A stretch of DNA of 64,000 bases from assembly GCF_004010195.1 (NCBI RefSeq), contig NC_057719.1, forward strand, positions 57,515,023 through 57,579,022, given 5' to 3'. Position 1 is the first letter of the stretch. The number at the start of each line of letters is the position of its first letter. Below the pieces are notes generated by a model that did not search any database, was not told the origin of the DNA, and was given only the letters and a program-made list of their open reading frames with translations. The translations under genes and the position numbers were made by a program. Positions 49,993 through 63,800 of this stretch are shown one piece after another. The stretch comes from Chiloscyllium plagiosum (lineage: Eukaryota).

Positions 49993-51755
49993 CAGCATAG
50001 TTAGTAAGTTTGCAGATGACACCAAAATAAGTGGTGTCGTGGGCAGTTGAAGAGGATTACCTCAGAGTACAACAGGGCTTTTATCAGATTGGCTAATGGG
50101 CCAAGGAGTGGCAGACAGAGTTTAATTTACATAAATTTGAGGTGTTGCATTTTGGTAAGGTAAACCAGGACTTATATAGTTAATGGTAGTACCCTGTGGA
50201 GTGTTACCGAATAAGGAGCAGGTGCATACTTCCTTGTAGGTAGCCAGTGTGCTCAAGAAGGCATTTGGCATGCTTGTCTGCATTGGTCAGAATATAGAGT
50301 ATAGGAGTTGGGACGTCATGTTGCAGGACATCGGTGAGATCACTTTTAGAATACTGTGTACAATTCTGATCACCTGTCTATTGGAGGTATGTTGCTAAAT
50401 TTGAGAAGGTGCAGAAAAGATTTACAAACATATTGCCCTGATTAGTCATAGAGATGCACAGCAACGAAACATACCCTTCGGTCCAACACATCCACGCCGA
50501 CCAGATATGCCAACCCAATCTAGTCCCAACTGCCAGCACCCAGCCCATATCTCTCCAAACCCTTCTTACTCACGTAACCATTCAGATGCCTTTTAAATGT
50601 GGCAACTGTACTTGCGTCCACCAATGCCTCTGGCAGCTCATTCTATACATGTATCACCCTCTGCGTAAACAAAATTGCCTTTTTGTCTCTTTTATCTTTC
50701 CCCTCTCACCCTAAACCTATGCCCTCTAGTTCTGGACTTCCCCACCCCAGGGAAGAGACTTTGTCTATTTATCCTATCCATGCCCCTCATGATTTTATAA
50801 ACTTCTATAAAAAGGTCACCTCTCAGCCTAAGAAGCTCCAGAGAAAACAGCCCTAGCCTATTCAACCTCTCCCTATAGCTCAAATCCTCGAACCCCGATA
50901 ACAGTCTTGTAAATCTTTTCTGAATCCTTTTAGGTTTCATAACACCTTTCTGATAGGAAGACCAGAATTGCATGCAATATTCCAACAGTGGCCTAACCAA
51001 TGTCCTGTACAGCCACAACTTGACCTCCCAATTCCTGTAATCAATACTCTGACCAATAAAGGAAAGCATACCAAACACCTTCTTCACTATCCTATCTACC
51101 TGCGACTCCACTTTCAAGGAGCACTCCAAGGTCACTTTGTCCAGCAACACTTCCTAGGACCTTACCATTAAGTGTATAGGTCCTGCTAAGATTTTCTTTC
51201 CCAAAATGCAGCACCTTGCATTTATCCAAATTAAACTTCATCTGCCACTTCTCAGCCTATTGGCCCTTCTGATCAAGATCCCGCTGTAATCTGAAGTAGC
51301 CTTCTTCACTGTCCACTACAGTACCAATTGTTACAGGAAGAGGCTGAATAGACTGGGGCTTTTTTTCCTTGGAGCAGATGCTGAGGCATGACCTTATAAA
51401 GGTTTATAAAATCATGAACAGCATGGATTGGGTGAATAACCAAGCTTTTTTTCCCCCCGAGGGTGGGGAGTCCAAAATTTAAGAGCATAGGTTTAAGGTG
51501 AAAGGGGAAAGATTTAAGGGGTCGTTTTTTCATGTACAGTGTGGTGTGTGTATGAAATGAGCTGCCAGAGGAAGTGGTGAAGGTGAGTGCAATTACAACA
51601 TTTAAAAGGTATCTGGATAAGTATATGGATAGGATAGGGTAAGGAGGGATAGAGTCCAAGTGCTGGTAAATGGGACCAGGTAAGATTGGGATATCTAGTT
51701 AGTGCAGATGAGTTGGACTGAAGGGTCTGTTTCTATGCTGTATGGCTCTATGATC
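49993..51755 (+). mobile_element. Older CR1 (RT C-terminus to 3' tail) split by a younger antisense CR1
   Basis: SIVSKFADDTKI...EKVQKRFT at 49993-50440 continues as ..RLNRLGLF at ~51332 through to the tail CTCTATGATCC. Confidence 0.88.
50443..51329 (-). mobile_element. HER1/CR1 3' portion nested in the older CR1
   Basis: ORF 50692-51150 LYRTLVRPLLEYCMQFWS...SYRERLNRLGLFSLE. Tail AGTCATAGAGATG at 50443. Confidence 0.93.
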
Positions 51756-53387
51756 CTGTAACTCCCACTTTATCCTCAGATTCTTCAGGCACATTCTTGA
51801 CTGTTCTAAAGTCGGCTTATACTTCAGGTTTATATAGACGAGAGTATACCATGCACATTGTGAGCCACTTCACCTGTATCTGCTTTCCTTGGTCCTTCGC
51901 CAATTACAAAGCAAATTATACATTAATTGAAATTGCTGGGAAAAGTTACATTTGGAACTGTCCTATGAAACAGATCATCTTTCACAAGCAAATGAATTTT
52001 GCACTTACTACTCCAATGCCAATTATATATCAGAATTATAATTATTGCACACGTGATGACTGAATAGTGTAAGATGGTGCAAGTTGAATTTAAATATCAA
52101 TTATGCCAACATTACCTATCCCAATAGTGATTCAATGCTTTAGCATCTGACCAGCCACTTCATTCAGGTATCACTTATGCAGCAATAAAGATTGTAAGAA
52201 TCCAGTTCACATATTTTTCCATCAATAAAACTTGAAACATGGGGAAAGGGCATAAAAGTGGAATTTAAGATTATCAAATCAGCCGTGATCTCATTGAATG
52301 TTGGACCAGACTCAACAGAATAAATGGCCCACGTCTGCTCCTATGTTTTACTGTCTTATGGTCCAATATGGAAAGTAATCCCTACAATGGAATGGGTATG
52401 CACAATATGTGACTGTCAAACTGCGGGTTGTTTCAATGGCAACATCACATAAGTAGATCCTGGGAGGGAGAGAAGCAATTGAGAGGAAGGAATGAAATTG
52501 GGAGGAAAAAGAAATTGTTGATATGAAATCACATTTGATTGACCTTCTTCGATACATTTCTAACATTAGAAATGACCTATTGTTCTGTATTAACATTACG
52601 GTTTTACTGGTATTCAATGCTAACTACTGGTTCTTTCTGCACACTTAAGTAAATATGCATAAAATTCAGCTGTTCTTCAACACGAACTGATGAAGTATAG
52701 TGGCATAACAGAGATTCTCCCAAAGCATAAACTTGAGCTAAAGCTGCAATTGTAAAGTCTAGGTTATTTAATGCAAGTTAATCTTGAGGGATATTCTAAT
52801 GTCTACACTATTTAGAATAGGTTCTATTTTCCCTGACAGACAGTCCCAAATCACACTCTCGTTAAAGACTTAATAATAAAGCTTTGTTTTTTCCCCATAT
52901 CACTAAACAATGCAAAGAAAACTACTTTCATGAGTATACAAAAGAATAATGCATATGACTGATCTAGGTTCTGAGCCACCAGAACACTTGTCAAGAATTT
53001 TTATTTTATCATTATTATAATAAGCAATTCCTGTGGGAGGATCAAATTTGTAATAGATACACAACTTAAAACACTAAGAATAGCACTTATGTATGCAGTA
53101 GATTCTTTGGCAATATGTTCTACGAACGCTTGTACTGAAACCTCTGTAATGAGAACAAGCAGAATTTCTAAGAATGTAATAAACTTGAATAATTGGCTAG
53201 TGGGCCCAATGTAAGATAATAATTTAAGGATTCTAATATAAACACTAAAGTAATGCTTGAATGAGTGCCATCACCATTAACAATTTGGCACATTTGGCCA
53301 ATAAATGTGCATTTTTCATTGGACATTTTTTCTATTTATTTCAAAAGAGAAAAATATGAAACTCAATTTTAAAAGTTGATTAATGGA

Positions 53388-53872
53388 GTTATAGAGTCAT
53401 ACTGCATGGAATAGACCCTTCGGTCTGACTTGTCCATGCTGACCATAATCCCAAACTAAACTAGTCCCACCTGACTGCTACTTGCCATATCCCTCCAAAT
53501 CTTTTCTATTCATGTAGTTATCCAAACGTCTTTTAATCATTGTAACTGTGCCTGCATCCACCATTTCCTCTGGAAGTTATTTCCACACATGAACCCTTTG
53601 TGTAAAAAAATTTGCCCTCATGTGTTTTTTAAAATTTCTCTCCCTTCACGGTAAAAATGTGTCCCTTAGTCTTGAAATCTCCCATGCCGCCATCTATACC
53701 GCTCATTATTTTATAAACTTTGATAAGGTGGCCTTTCAACCTCCTCTGTTCTAGTGAAAGAAGTCCCAGCTTATCCAGATTTACTTTATAACTCAAACCT
53801 TCCATGCCCTACAACATTCTGGTATACCTTTTCTGAAAGTTCATCAGCTTAATATTTCCTTCCTATAACTGG
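53388..53872 (-). mobile_element. CR1 3' fragment
   Basis: Tail GAGTTATAGAGTCATAC...GACCCTTCGGTC. The body is similar to 7110-7375. Confidence 0.85.
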
Positions 53873-53874
53873 AT

Positions 53875-54560
53875 TGGATGCAGATGGAGGGGGTGATTGT
53901 GATAAATCAGTAGAGATGTTGGAGTGGATAGGTGGGAAGCAAGGTGGACTGGTAGGACAGTGCCAAGTTGGAGGGTTGAATCTGGGATGAGGTGGGGTGA
54001 GGGGAGATTTGGAAACTAGTGAAGATGACGTTAATGCCATGTGGTTGAAAGGTCCCATGGCGGAAGGTGAGACATTCTTCCTCCAATTGTCAGGTGGCTT
54101 GGATTTGGCAGTGGAGGAGCCCCTGGACTTGCATGTCCTTGGTGGAATAGGTGGGAGTGTTGAAGTGGTTGGCCCCACAAGGCAGTGGAGTTGTTGGGTG
54201 AGTATATCCCAGATGTCCCTAAAACACTCCGTAAGTTGGTGTTCTGTCTCCCCAATGTAGAGGAGACCATATCGACGGACACAATAGATGAAGTGGTGGA
54301 TGTGCAGTAAAATCTCTGCCAGATTTGAAAAGATCTTTTGGAGCTTTGGGTGGAAGTGAGGAGGGGAGATGTGGGCACAGGTTTTACATCTCTTGCCATG
54401 GCAAGGTAAAGTGCAGGGTGTGGAGGGTGGGTTAGTGAGGGCATGGACATAACGTGGGACTCACAGAGGGAATGGGCTCTGCAGAATGCAGATAGGGGTA
54501 GGGAAGGATATATATCTCTGATGGTGGAGTCTGATTGTAGGTCACAAAAATGACAGAAGA
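53875..54560 (-). mobile_element. Penelope-like element fragment with GIY-YIG endonuclease
   Basis: The minus strand reads SKRSFQIWQRFYCTS..IYCV..YGLLYIGETEHQL and is collinear with 24800-25500. Confidence 0.85.
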
Positions 54561-54864
54561 TTAATCCAGAGACTCAGGTAAGGATCCCAGTTCAAATTCA
54601 AATTCAAATTCAATTTGAGTTCAATAAAAAAAAAGTCTGGAATTAAGAGTCGAATGGTGACCATGAATCCGTTATCGAAAAACTCCCATCTAGTTCACTA
54701 ATGTCCTTTAGGAAAGGAAACTGCCATCCTTACCTGGTTTGGCCTACACGTAATGCCACACTTACAGCGATGTTGCTGACTTTTAACTGCCCTGTCGGCA
54801 ATAGGGGGTGGCAATAAATGTCGGCCTAGCAAGCGACGCCCACATTTCAAGTGAATTAAAAAAC
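54561..54864 (+). mobile_element. SINE, second copy of the 40910 family, with CpGs retained
   Basis: TCTGGAATTAAGAG, TTCACTAATGTCCTTTAGG.AAGGAAACTGCCATCCTTAC, GGCAATAAATG and an A-rich end. Confidence 0.8.
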
Positions 54865-57800
54865 GTATCGTTAAAGTTGCAGTGCGCAAGTCTGCAGTAA
54901 AGGCTTTACTAAATTCCAGAATATTTTGGATTGACATTTGCTTAAAAGCATGCATCCTGTGCCAAGACATAATCTGTATACAAGTGTGTTCAACTCTGAA
55001 AACAACAAATCGACCTCCTTTTTGTTTAAATAATTGGGGAGCAGAGAAGGTCCTTTTTAAAAAAAGACTTTTGAGGTCAATGGGCCAGCACAAAACTCTG
55101 CACTAAACAACTGAAGATCCTAGCGACAAGCAATGTACGGACAGTAAGTAGAATTCTACCTGCCTGGAAGTCGTGCTGCAACAACTTGGGCCTTAAACTA
55201 GTAAAGGCGCTCACAATCCTTGCAATCCTATCTCGCATGTCAAAAAAAAGCTTTCTTTCAAAAAAAAACTTCTTCGTCACAGCTCATTGGATCCTCTTCT
55301 ATAATCAACTCACTATGACAACCGCCGACTTGTCCACGTTCCGCCTTCAGCAACAAAGACTGCAGTAAACTCAGAGGAAAGTGTCAGGCGATACCATGTG
55401 CTGTCCCTGCTCATATTGCTCTGACTAGCGTGTGTGTGGACGCTACTGGGAGCAGGCGCAGTGAGTGTGCTGGCTGTTGGGTGTGGTGGATACAGTCAAT
55501 GAAGACAGAGATGAAGTCCAAGACGATCTCTCCTTCAGTCTTTGCACTTGGCAGGGTTTAAGAAGTTTCTGCATCACAAATTCACTGTAATGTGCACTTT
55601 GATTTGGTATGTCCTCTTTATTTTATCACAACTAGGTCCCTATATGATTCTGTCTATAATCAATTTCCTAAAAGAAAATCTGACCTCCCATTTCTCCCCA
55701 ACATTTCACCGCCTTTTACTACAGAAACATCTCACCTTTCTCCATAAAGTTTTGGAATCCAACTGGCTTCAGCATAATTACGTTCGACCTATTCAGTCAC
55801 AACTGGACAAGTTGCAAAGGGAAATGTATAAATCCAAACTATTCTTTTCTTGAATATATGACATATATTTTATTAAAATCATGAGAAATGTTTTGGTTTT
55901 ACCTTTTCAGTGTTAAATCTTGCGAAAGTATGAGAACATTCATACATGTCCTATAACATTATATTTACTGTAGAAAGCCTTCAGGCTTTATTCTTTATGC
56001 CGAGGCAATTGGTATATCTTCAGTAATGGAAACATATCATTTATAACCATAATAACCGAAGAGAATATTCTAATTGTTATTTTAAAGTTTACATCACTGC
56101 AATTTTGAAAACGCTTAAAAAGGCGTCAAGATATTTTGTTTTCATTCTAAAATCGAAAGCGATGCAAATCTTTTAATGTCTTGCCCACACAACGCCGAAA
56201 CCTATGTTAACACTTAATTTATCTCTGCTTGACATGCAACAGTTATAATCAAAATGTATTTTTAAGGTACGAATTAATGCATCTTCAATCTATGTGCAGG
56301 TATCATCATCTTTCTATATTTTTCTGGAAGATTTTACTGAGCTTATTATTGTATATTATCAAATGTTTATGATTTGCTGTAATTTTAAAGTATTTATTTC
56401 AAATCTTATTTAAACCAATTACTCGCGACTTTACATAAAAATATACTTAGTTATTTAAAATAATGCAATCGTTTTGCATGTGCATTAGTTACATATCTGT
56501 TGAAGTGTGAAATGATTACTCCTGTAAATTCTTCTTTGCAGAATAGAGTTACCGTGGTACAGCAATGAGCCTTTCTTGATGAAGATTACATTTACTTGGA
56601 AACTAAAATAATATATTCGTCCCAAAATTTGCAACAAAACGTTGGATGTCTGAAAAACTGAAGAACTAATAGAAAATTCGCTTTGTTTAAATATACTAGG
56701 ATATATATCTGGGTAAAATTTCCGTTTAGAACCCCAGGGCATTGTTTTAATGTTACATTAACCAGAGTCACACAGAGTATTTTAATTCGAGATGTACAAA
56801 CTGGCATTGGCTATACGTAATTATACGCTATGGTCAAAAATGGTAATTCCATTTAATAATGAAATGACTGAAAGTACTTTTCTCTGATTCAATACTTCAT
56901 CCGGTAACTTAAAAGTTTGTACCGTATATATATATTTTTATGAATACTACTTCTAGAACTAAAATAACATACCGTTAGCAAACTGTATCTGAACTTCCCA
57001 TGAATTGAAATACCTGAAAAAATACATACAACAGGACAAGCTGAGATAGCGGAAGCATGCAAAATTATCCTGGGATTTAATTAGATTTGCCCAAATTAGA
57101 ATTATAAACCACGAAGTTCAACAGTATGTCGTATTTATACAGCATAACTATAATCTGACATTCGATGTTGGCTTGAAGAACGCCAAATAGATAAGGCGAG
57201 ATAACATTATGATTTGTATGTGATCGTCAATGATGGCGATAAAAATGAACGAGAGCGCTTTCCGAGAATATCAAGTTATGAACCTAATGACTCCTCATAA
57301 ACTTATGACGCGTTTTGTGCTAATGGAGCCACCTGTCTTCTCTGTTTTGTAGGTGGAATTTGATTGAAATATAATTTGCTTCCATTGATACGCTTATTGG
57401 AATATTGGAGTGATACTTACGCGCGTCGGCCTCATTTCTGATAATTGTTCCTGAAACTCTTATGCAAAATTTAAGACTATTAATGGCCGTGACTGTTGCA
57501 GTCACTAAACTTTCTCACTTTTATGTAAGAACTGTTGCAAGGTTGCACCTTGGAATATTTCGAACAATCAAATACAAGTGACGGTGGAAAATGTAAACTA
57601 TTTTACAGCTGACACATCAATGGTGATATCTTAATGAACCGTTATTGTTCGTACATTGAGTAAATCACTTGCCATTGTCAAACATTTTTCATTATTTGTT
57701 CAGTCAAGGCAAAAATACATTCATTTTTTTCTGGAATTGAATCTCCTCTTGTGTACAAATGTATTTATTTTAAATTTACATATTATTTTGTAAAATATTT

Positions 57801-60800
57801 CAAATTGACAAGTTTTATTCTGTTTTCTTGGTGAGTAGCTTTTTCAAGTTTCCTCTATTTAAAATTTTAGAAAAGCACAATATCAACATATATTAGTCAC
57901 TTCCAAACTCAATGTTAATTTCTTCTTAAAGTGGTCATTCCTTCATTTAGTGACATCAACGGCAAATAAATTATGTGCCCATTGTATAATTTCGCATGGA
58001 ATTAGAAAAAAGAGGAAACATATTCAATGCCAAATTTCCTAAATGAATCGTCCCAATCAGTGTACATTTTAATAGCTTCCGTGCGATTTGTTTGTCCATT
58101 CTTTAAAAATAGCATAAATTGGTCAGGAAGTCATTTTTGCCTATTTTCAAAACCTGTAGTCGCGCTAAAAATTAGTAGGAAAGAAATATTAAAGTATCTG
58201 TTTTAATATAAATGAATTCCTTCAACTATCTGTGGAGTTGTTTTAATTAATTATGATTATTACTTTTGTTTTGTCAGTTTTCTGTTTAATTAATTGAAGA
58301 ACAATTGATATTTCACGACAAATTTTCGGTATATTGAATAATGTTTTCTTTATTACAAACAGTTTAAGATAGAACCAATATAATTACCTAATAAACTAGT
58401 CAGAATAAACTCAAAAATGCCACTAAACTTATTTGGTGTGGTTTTAAAGAAACACGCATTTCAATAACATATTGCTTGTTAGTTTAACTAGTCAGAATAA
58501 GCTCAAAAATGCCACTAAACTTATTTGGTGTGGTTTTAAAGAAACGCGCATTTCAATAACATATTGCTTGTTAATTTTCTAATCTTGGATTTTCTAATCC
58601 TGGTCATGTGTTCACCATTCAAGCAAGAAGGTGCAGTAAAGACACTTCTGGTACATTGTCTTGAAGTATTTTGTAACTTCGTAAACTTGCAATGATTAAG
58701 GACTGAGCAGTTTGCATGAATTACAACTACGGCGAAAATATTCTCTAATTGCTTTCATTTTCGGACATATTTGAAGCAAAAGCTGGATATGCGATTTATC
58801 TGCAGGCCATCTTGAGTTTTCCACATCGTCGCTGAAGGAGAGACAGAGATGATGGCACGCACGCTTCCCATAAGTAATTTCCAACAGTTACAAGCTATCC
58901 ACAAAGACCACACAGAGAGTCTAAAGAGATGCAAATATAATCCGTGGTCATTCTACAAAGCTTGAGCAAAAATGTGCCAACGCCTAATGGAAAAGCAATC
59001 ATTTCTCAATCATCAACTGCTGTTAAGATACCATTAGAAAAATATAGAAATAGATCTTTTATGGACATGTTAGTGAACGACCTGACAAAATCACAACTTC
59101 GGTGTGAGTGTCAATGTTTGATAAACGCTGCCATTTTACCAAAAGGTGGAACGCATTTCCAATAAATGAAAAGAATGTATCAATTTTTGCGCGGAAACGC
59201 ATGCTGAACACGGTTAAACAGAAAAGCACTACGCCCAATCATTACATTCTGAACGTATTTATATTTTTAGAAAGATTATCAATAATTGTGGTATAGTGTA
59301 TGGTATGATATAGCGACTGTATGGTAAAAATGCTGGTCGTGCTTCTCTCCAGCATCTAAGTGAGCAATTATAGAGCACCTTGCACGCTCGATGGTCGGAT
59401 ACGTGGCGAACCAGAGGCTACAGTTACGGTGAAAGTATTAAAAAGCTGCAAAAAGTATTTAATCACTTTCACGGCACCAATTCATTTAAGAACGAAAGAA
59501 AAAAATACTTCCTAATCCACCCCCAAAATAAAATAACGCATTTTTGTTGTTGCCTGTGTTTAAAAAGTTCGCCAGGCTCGGTTAGAATTTGAACAGGAAC
59601 TTATCATGGGCCGCTGTGCTACGACGGCAAGACGTTGCGAAATGTGGATTTTTTTTAAGGCTTGGTTTTGCTTTAGCACTTTTAAACTGAATAAACGGAA
59701 AATGCGATGCAAGTCGTCCAGTTTTTTATTGCAGGAAAGGAACCATATTTGTTAATTGACACTTCAGTGTAAAGGGTTCTTGTACACCGGACAAAGCGTG
59801 GTGCTCCAGATTTGTGAAATATGCTCCTCAGACTAAAATATGCATTTCCGCCCAATCTGTCCATATAATTTGAAAATACTAACGAGTTTATATTGAATTA
59901 ACAAAAAAATCTTCCGTCTTATAAATGAATAGCGTTTTATTTTAATTAATTTTAAACTCTGTATTCTACAATCTATTGCTACTTTAAGTTCGTTAACCAA
60001 TTACTTAAAATTGAAATGTGTTAACAGGTATAATGAAGGTCTGACGCATCCAAGTAAACCTCGAATCAGCTAGTAGTTAACATACTGTACCAGGCAAATG
60101 GAACTGCAGTTCTTATTAACAATTTGGAGACTGCTATGAAGCTAACAATGTGGAGGTACAATGATATATGTGAAAAAAGTAGCCTTTAGAGGAGTAGGGT
60201 TGAATGTGGTATCCAAGAGCTTACAACTAACTCGTATTAAAAGACGAAATTCATAAAGGTTTCTATGTTATCGTCTTGGAGGCAGAGTGAGACATGTGGA
60301 TATTTTTAGTTATAGAACCTTAAGTATATGTTCCCAACGCCTATCACGACTTTCTATTCTGTATTCATTCTGAATCATTCACCATCCAGAGCTTTCATGA
60401 TTGCAAATGTGCCTGTTTTCAAATGGAAATAAGACACAAACTGATTATGTGTACTGAATCCGAATCAGCCGTGGCAGTCTTCTGAAACCCCGCACTGAAA
60501 AGAAGCTGGCTGAAGACCTGTGCAACCCGGCCTTCTTATCTGAGTGGGGTCGATCTATTTTCCAACTTTTGCCATTTGTGAGTGTCTCTGCTAGATAATT
60601 ACATTGCCATTGTAAATTGCCCAAACAGAACCCAGAGAGTCGTGCTCTTCCACGTCTGGGTCTTGCTACTGATTTTTCCAACAATGGCTTCAATGACTTG
60701 CATAGAAACGCCTTATTGAAGTGAACAAATGGGAACGACATGTCTCCGCAGGGGAAAAAAAATGATAAATCATGAGTTTTGAGTTGTTTGTCACTGCTGC

Positions 60801-63800
60801 AATCATTATACAAATTTGACTACCATTGATTGTGTTCGAACATTTTATCTGCTGATGGACTTACGGTGTAGGATCAGAGAAATAGCTCGGCACTATTCAA
60901 GACTGTTATAGGCCAGTTACTGGTACTTATCTCTGCACAGTTGCGCTATCGAAGAAATAAGCGATTTCACAGCAGCTGGACATTCTAATATTAATAAAGC
61001 GAATACCCAACCATTGAGATTATTTGCGTATTTTCAATATCAGGTTATTAAAGTTGGAACGTTAATATGAAGTCCAATTAATGTCTGATCCTGGACCTCT
61101 GCAGAAACCCTGATCTAAAAGCAATTTTCTGTGCTTGTCTATTAATTGTCTTGTAAATGACGAATATACTGATTAAAGGATAAGCTTTTATCTGTTTATC
61201 TGCGTTTTGAAAGATGTAAACATGACGGCTAATTTACAATCATTTTATTGCATTAACCGTTACCTTTATTATAGGCAAGTGTGCATTTATAGGATGATAA
61301 AGTTTAGTTATCGCCAGCAACATTTTCTAACATGGCCATGCAATTCCCTTGGAAAGTATTCTTAACGAAGCTACGTGCTAAAGAGGATCTGTTGTACATT
61401 ATACATTGAGCATAATGTTCAACCTAGTTCCGAAGTTGCAGCAATTTCGTCAGGAATCATTCTAACAATTAAATTCCGTCCCAAAGTATCACTCTCCAAT
61501 ACTTGTAGCGAGATGCTTAACTTCGACGACTTCTCGTTTCGTAATTCAAATGGAACGCAAATAATTTGAAACGAAACACTGATGGTAAGGATAAAGAGTC
61601 TTCTTCTGTAGGAGATACTTAACATAAATGAGCAATAACTGATATGAGCGGGATTACAATAACCGAATCCTCAATCTAGTTGATCGTTGAGCCTTGGATA
61701 AGCACAAGTAGAGTTCTAATATTAAATTCATACACACGTGTCTACGAAAACCACTTCTACAGCGGAGTCTGCCTCCAAACCAGATCATAACTACCGACAA
61801 GAAAACTGGATTCCCTAAAGTCTGTTTTCACACTATCTTGTAGGTTGTCAGTTTTAGACAGTTTCGTTTCCAATCCAGACTGGAACACTTGGGCGCCAAT
61901 GTTCGGGTTTTAACATTCGTTTCTCCGCTGTGAAGCGGCGAGGACTGGTAATTTCACCTCGCTTGGTTTACAACATAATCGCATGGAAGATTCTTGGAAT
62001 TTGTACTCAATGATTTTTTTTCTTGAATAAATAGATTAGAGACAACAAATGTCAATGTTTATTTAAATTTGTATTCACATAAGGCCTTATCGTAATGAAG
62101 TTAACTGTACTTCTCTTTACTCTTTTGCTATTTGTTCTTACAAAATATCGTTTGCAGTTAAATTTGGTCTCCTGCGTGGCCGGCTAGTAAGATTTTCGTC
62201 AGAGTATAGTTTTACTACAACCTTTATTATACACGAAAACGTAAAAAACAAGAAGAATAACTATCATAATATTTTATTTTAATCAAGCGATATATACAAA
62301 ATTATTTAGATCTTAGAAGTACACAATATCTACTCGGTATTTGTTTAAATCAAATCTCAGTATAGTTAGAAAGATATAAACAGATTAAGCTAAAAATCAG
62401 AATCCATTTGAATTTGCCAGATAAGATCCATCAACAAAAATGTGTGTAATGTCCGGTATTACCTGTAGCAAAAACGGCCCTGCTTGACAAGTCTGGCGAG
62501 AATCTAGCGGCCTACCTACCTGATTTTCGGAATTCCATTTTAATGCTATTCAGTCAGTAAAGATTACACTGCGGGTAGTACCATTTCTGTTTTGGATAGT
62601 TTAAAAAAACAATTTTTCTGTGTCAGACTGATGTATGGTTTCGATAATTATTGTAAACTAAGAATTTTCACGATTTGATGTAAAATTATTCACTGTCCTG
62701 TTTATGGTTTCAGAAACAATTTAAACTGACAATTTAAGGAAGTATGGATATGCTTTTCCGCAATAAGCCGAATATATAAAGATATGTAACATGTATAAAC
62801 TTAAAACGAAAGTAAGAGTAATTAGATATCTTAAACATTTTAAATAAAGGATACGAAAACAATACCCGGGCTTCGCAATCTGGGAGGATGTCGGTTGGCC
62901 ATGATGACGGATAATAATTTTCTTTCTGAATCCACGGTCTATCGCTCAGTAACAAACTAAAAGCGCTACATCACTTCAGAGCGTTCCTTTGGAAATAAAA
63001 GAAACTGCAAGAAAAAAAAATGATGATCACAAAGAAAGCATCCGAATTACAAAACTGAACTTGAATGCATTGTCTTATTCACATCTATTGTTACGGGTAA
63101 ACGTGGATACCGCTGGAAAATAAATTTTAAATGAAGTGTAACTTTAGTTTCATCATTTAGTTCTGCAAATTAATTATACTTCGCCTGAGCACCGTTGTAC
63201 TGCAGTTTTATTCCTCCACTTCAATGTTCTATTCGTACATAGGAAAGATACAAAGTATTTAAATTGCAATTTTTCGCATTTGTTTTCAAAATCATTATCT
63301 CTCCTAAAAGGTATCCGTACTATTGTACCCTGTATTGTGCTAATTTTCTACACAGATAATCGCAAATGATAGGTCATATAATTTTAAAACAACATTTGCC
63401 TTGTATTTCAATCACGTCTAAAAATAGAAGACATTTTCCTGGAGTACAGCAGCGCACCGCAGCAAATGTACTGCCTTTCATAAGAACGCCATTAGCTGAT
63501 TTAAGTTAAAGTATAATTCAGAGTGTTTTATAGAACGTTTAGAAGTGCAAGTAGTCATCAGAATATAAATTCATACTTGAAGCTTGTCAATACTGTTCCT
63601 ACCTTGAGTAGTGCAATTCTTTCACTAAAGAAATTCATTCGGCCACCTCCATAACATCCTCAAAGTGTCTGTCGGACTGAAGCGACAACAAGTAATTCTG
63701 GAAACACAGATTTAGTTCCAAATCTAAATTAACAGCATTAAACTACACAATATTAATGATCGCTTATCACGGTCTGAAACTTACCTTTACTATATTTCAT

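Noticed and set aside
58394..58577. CRISPR-like repeat
   Set aside because: Two adjacent 92-bp copies without spacers, in vertebrate DNA
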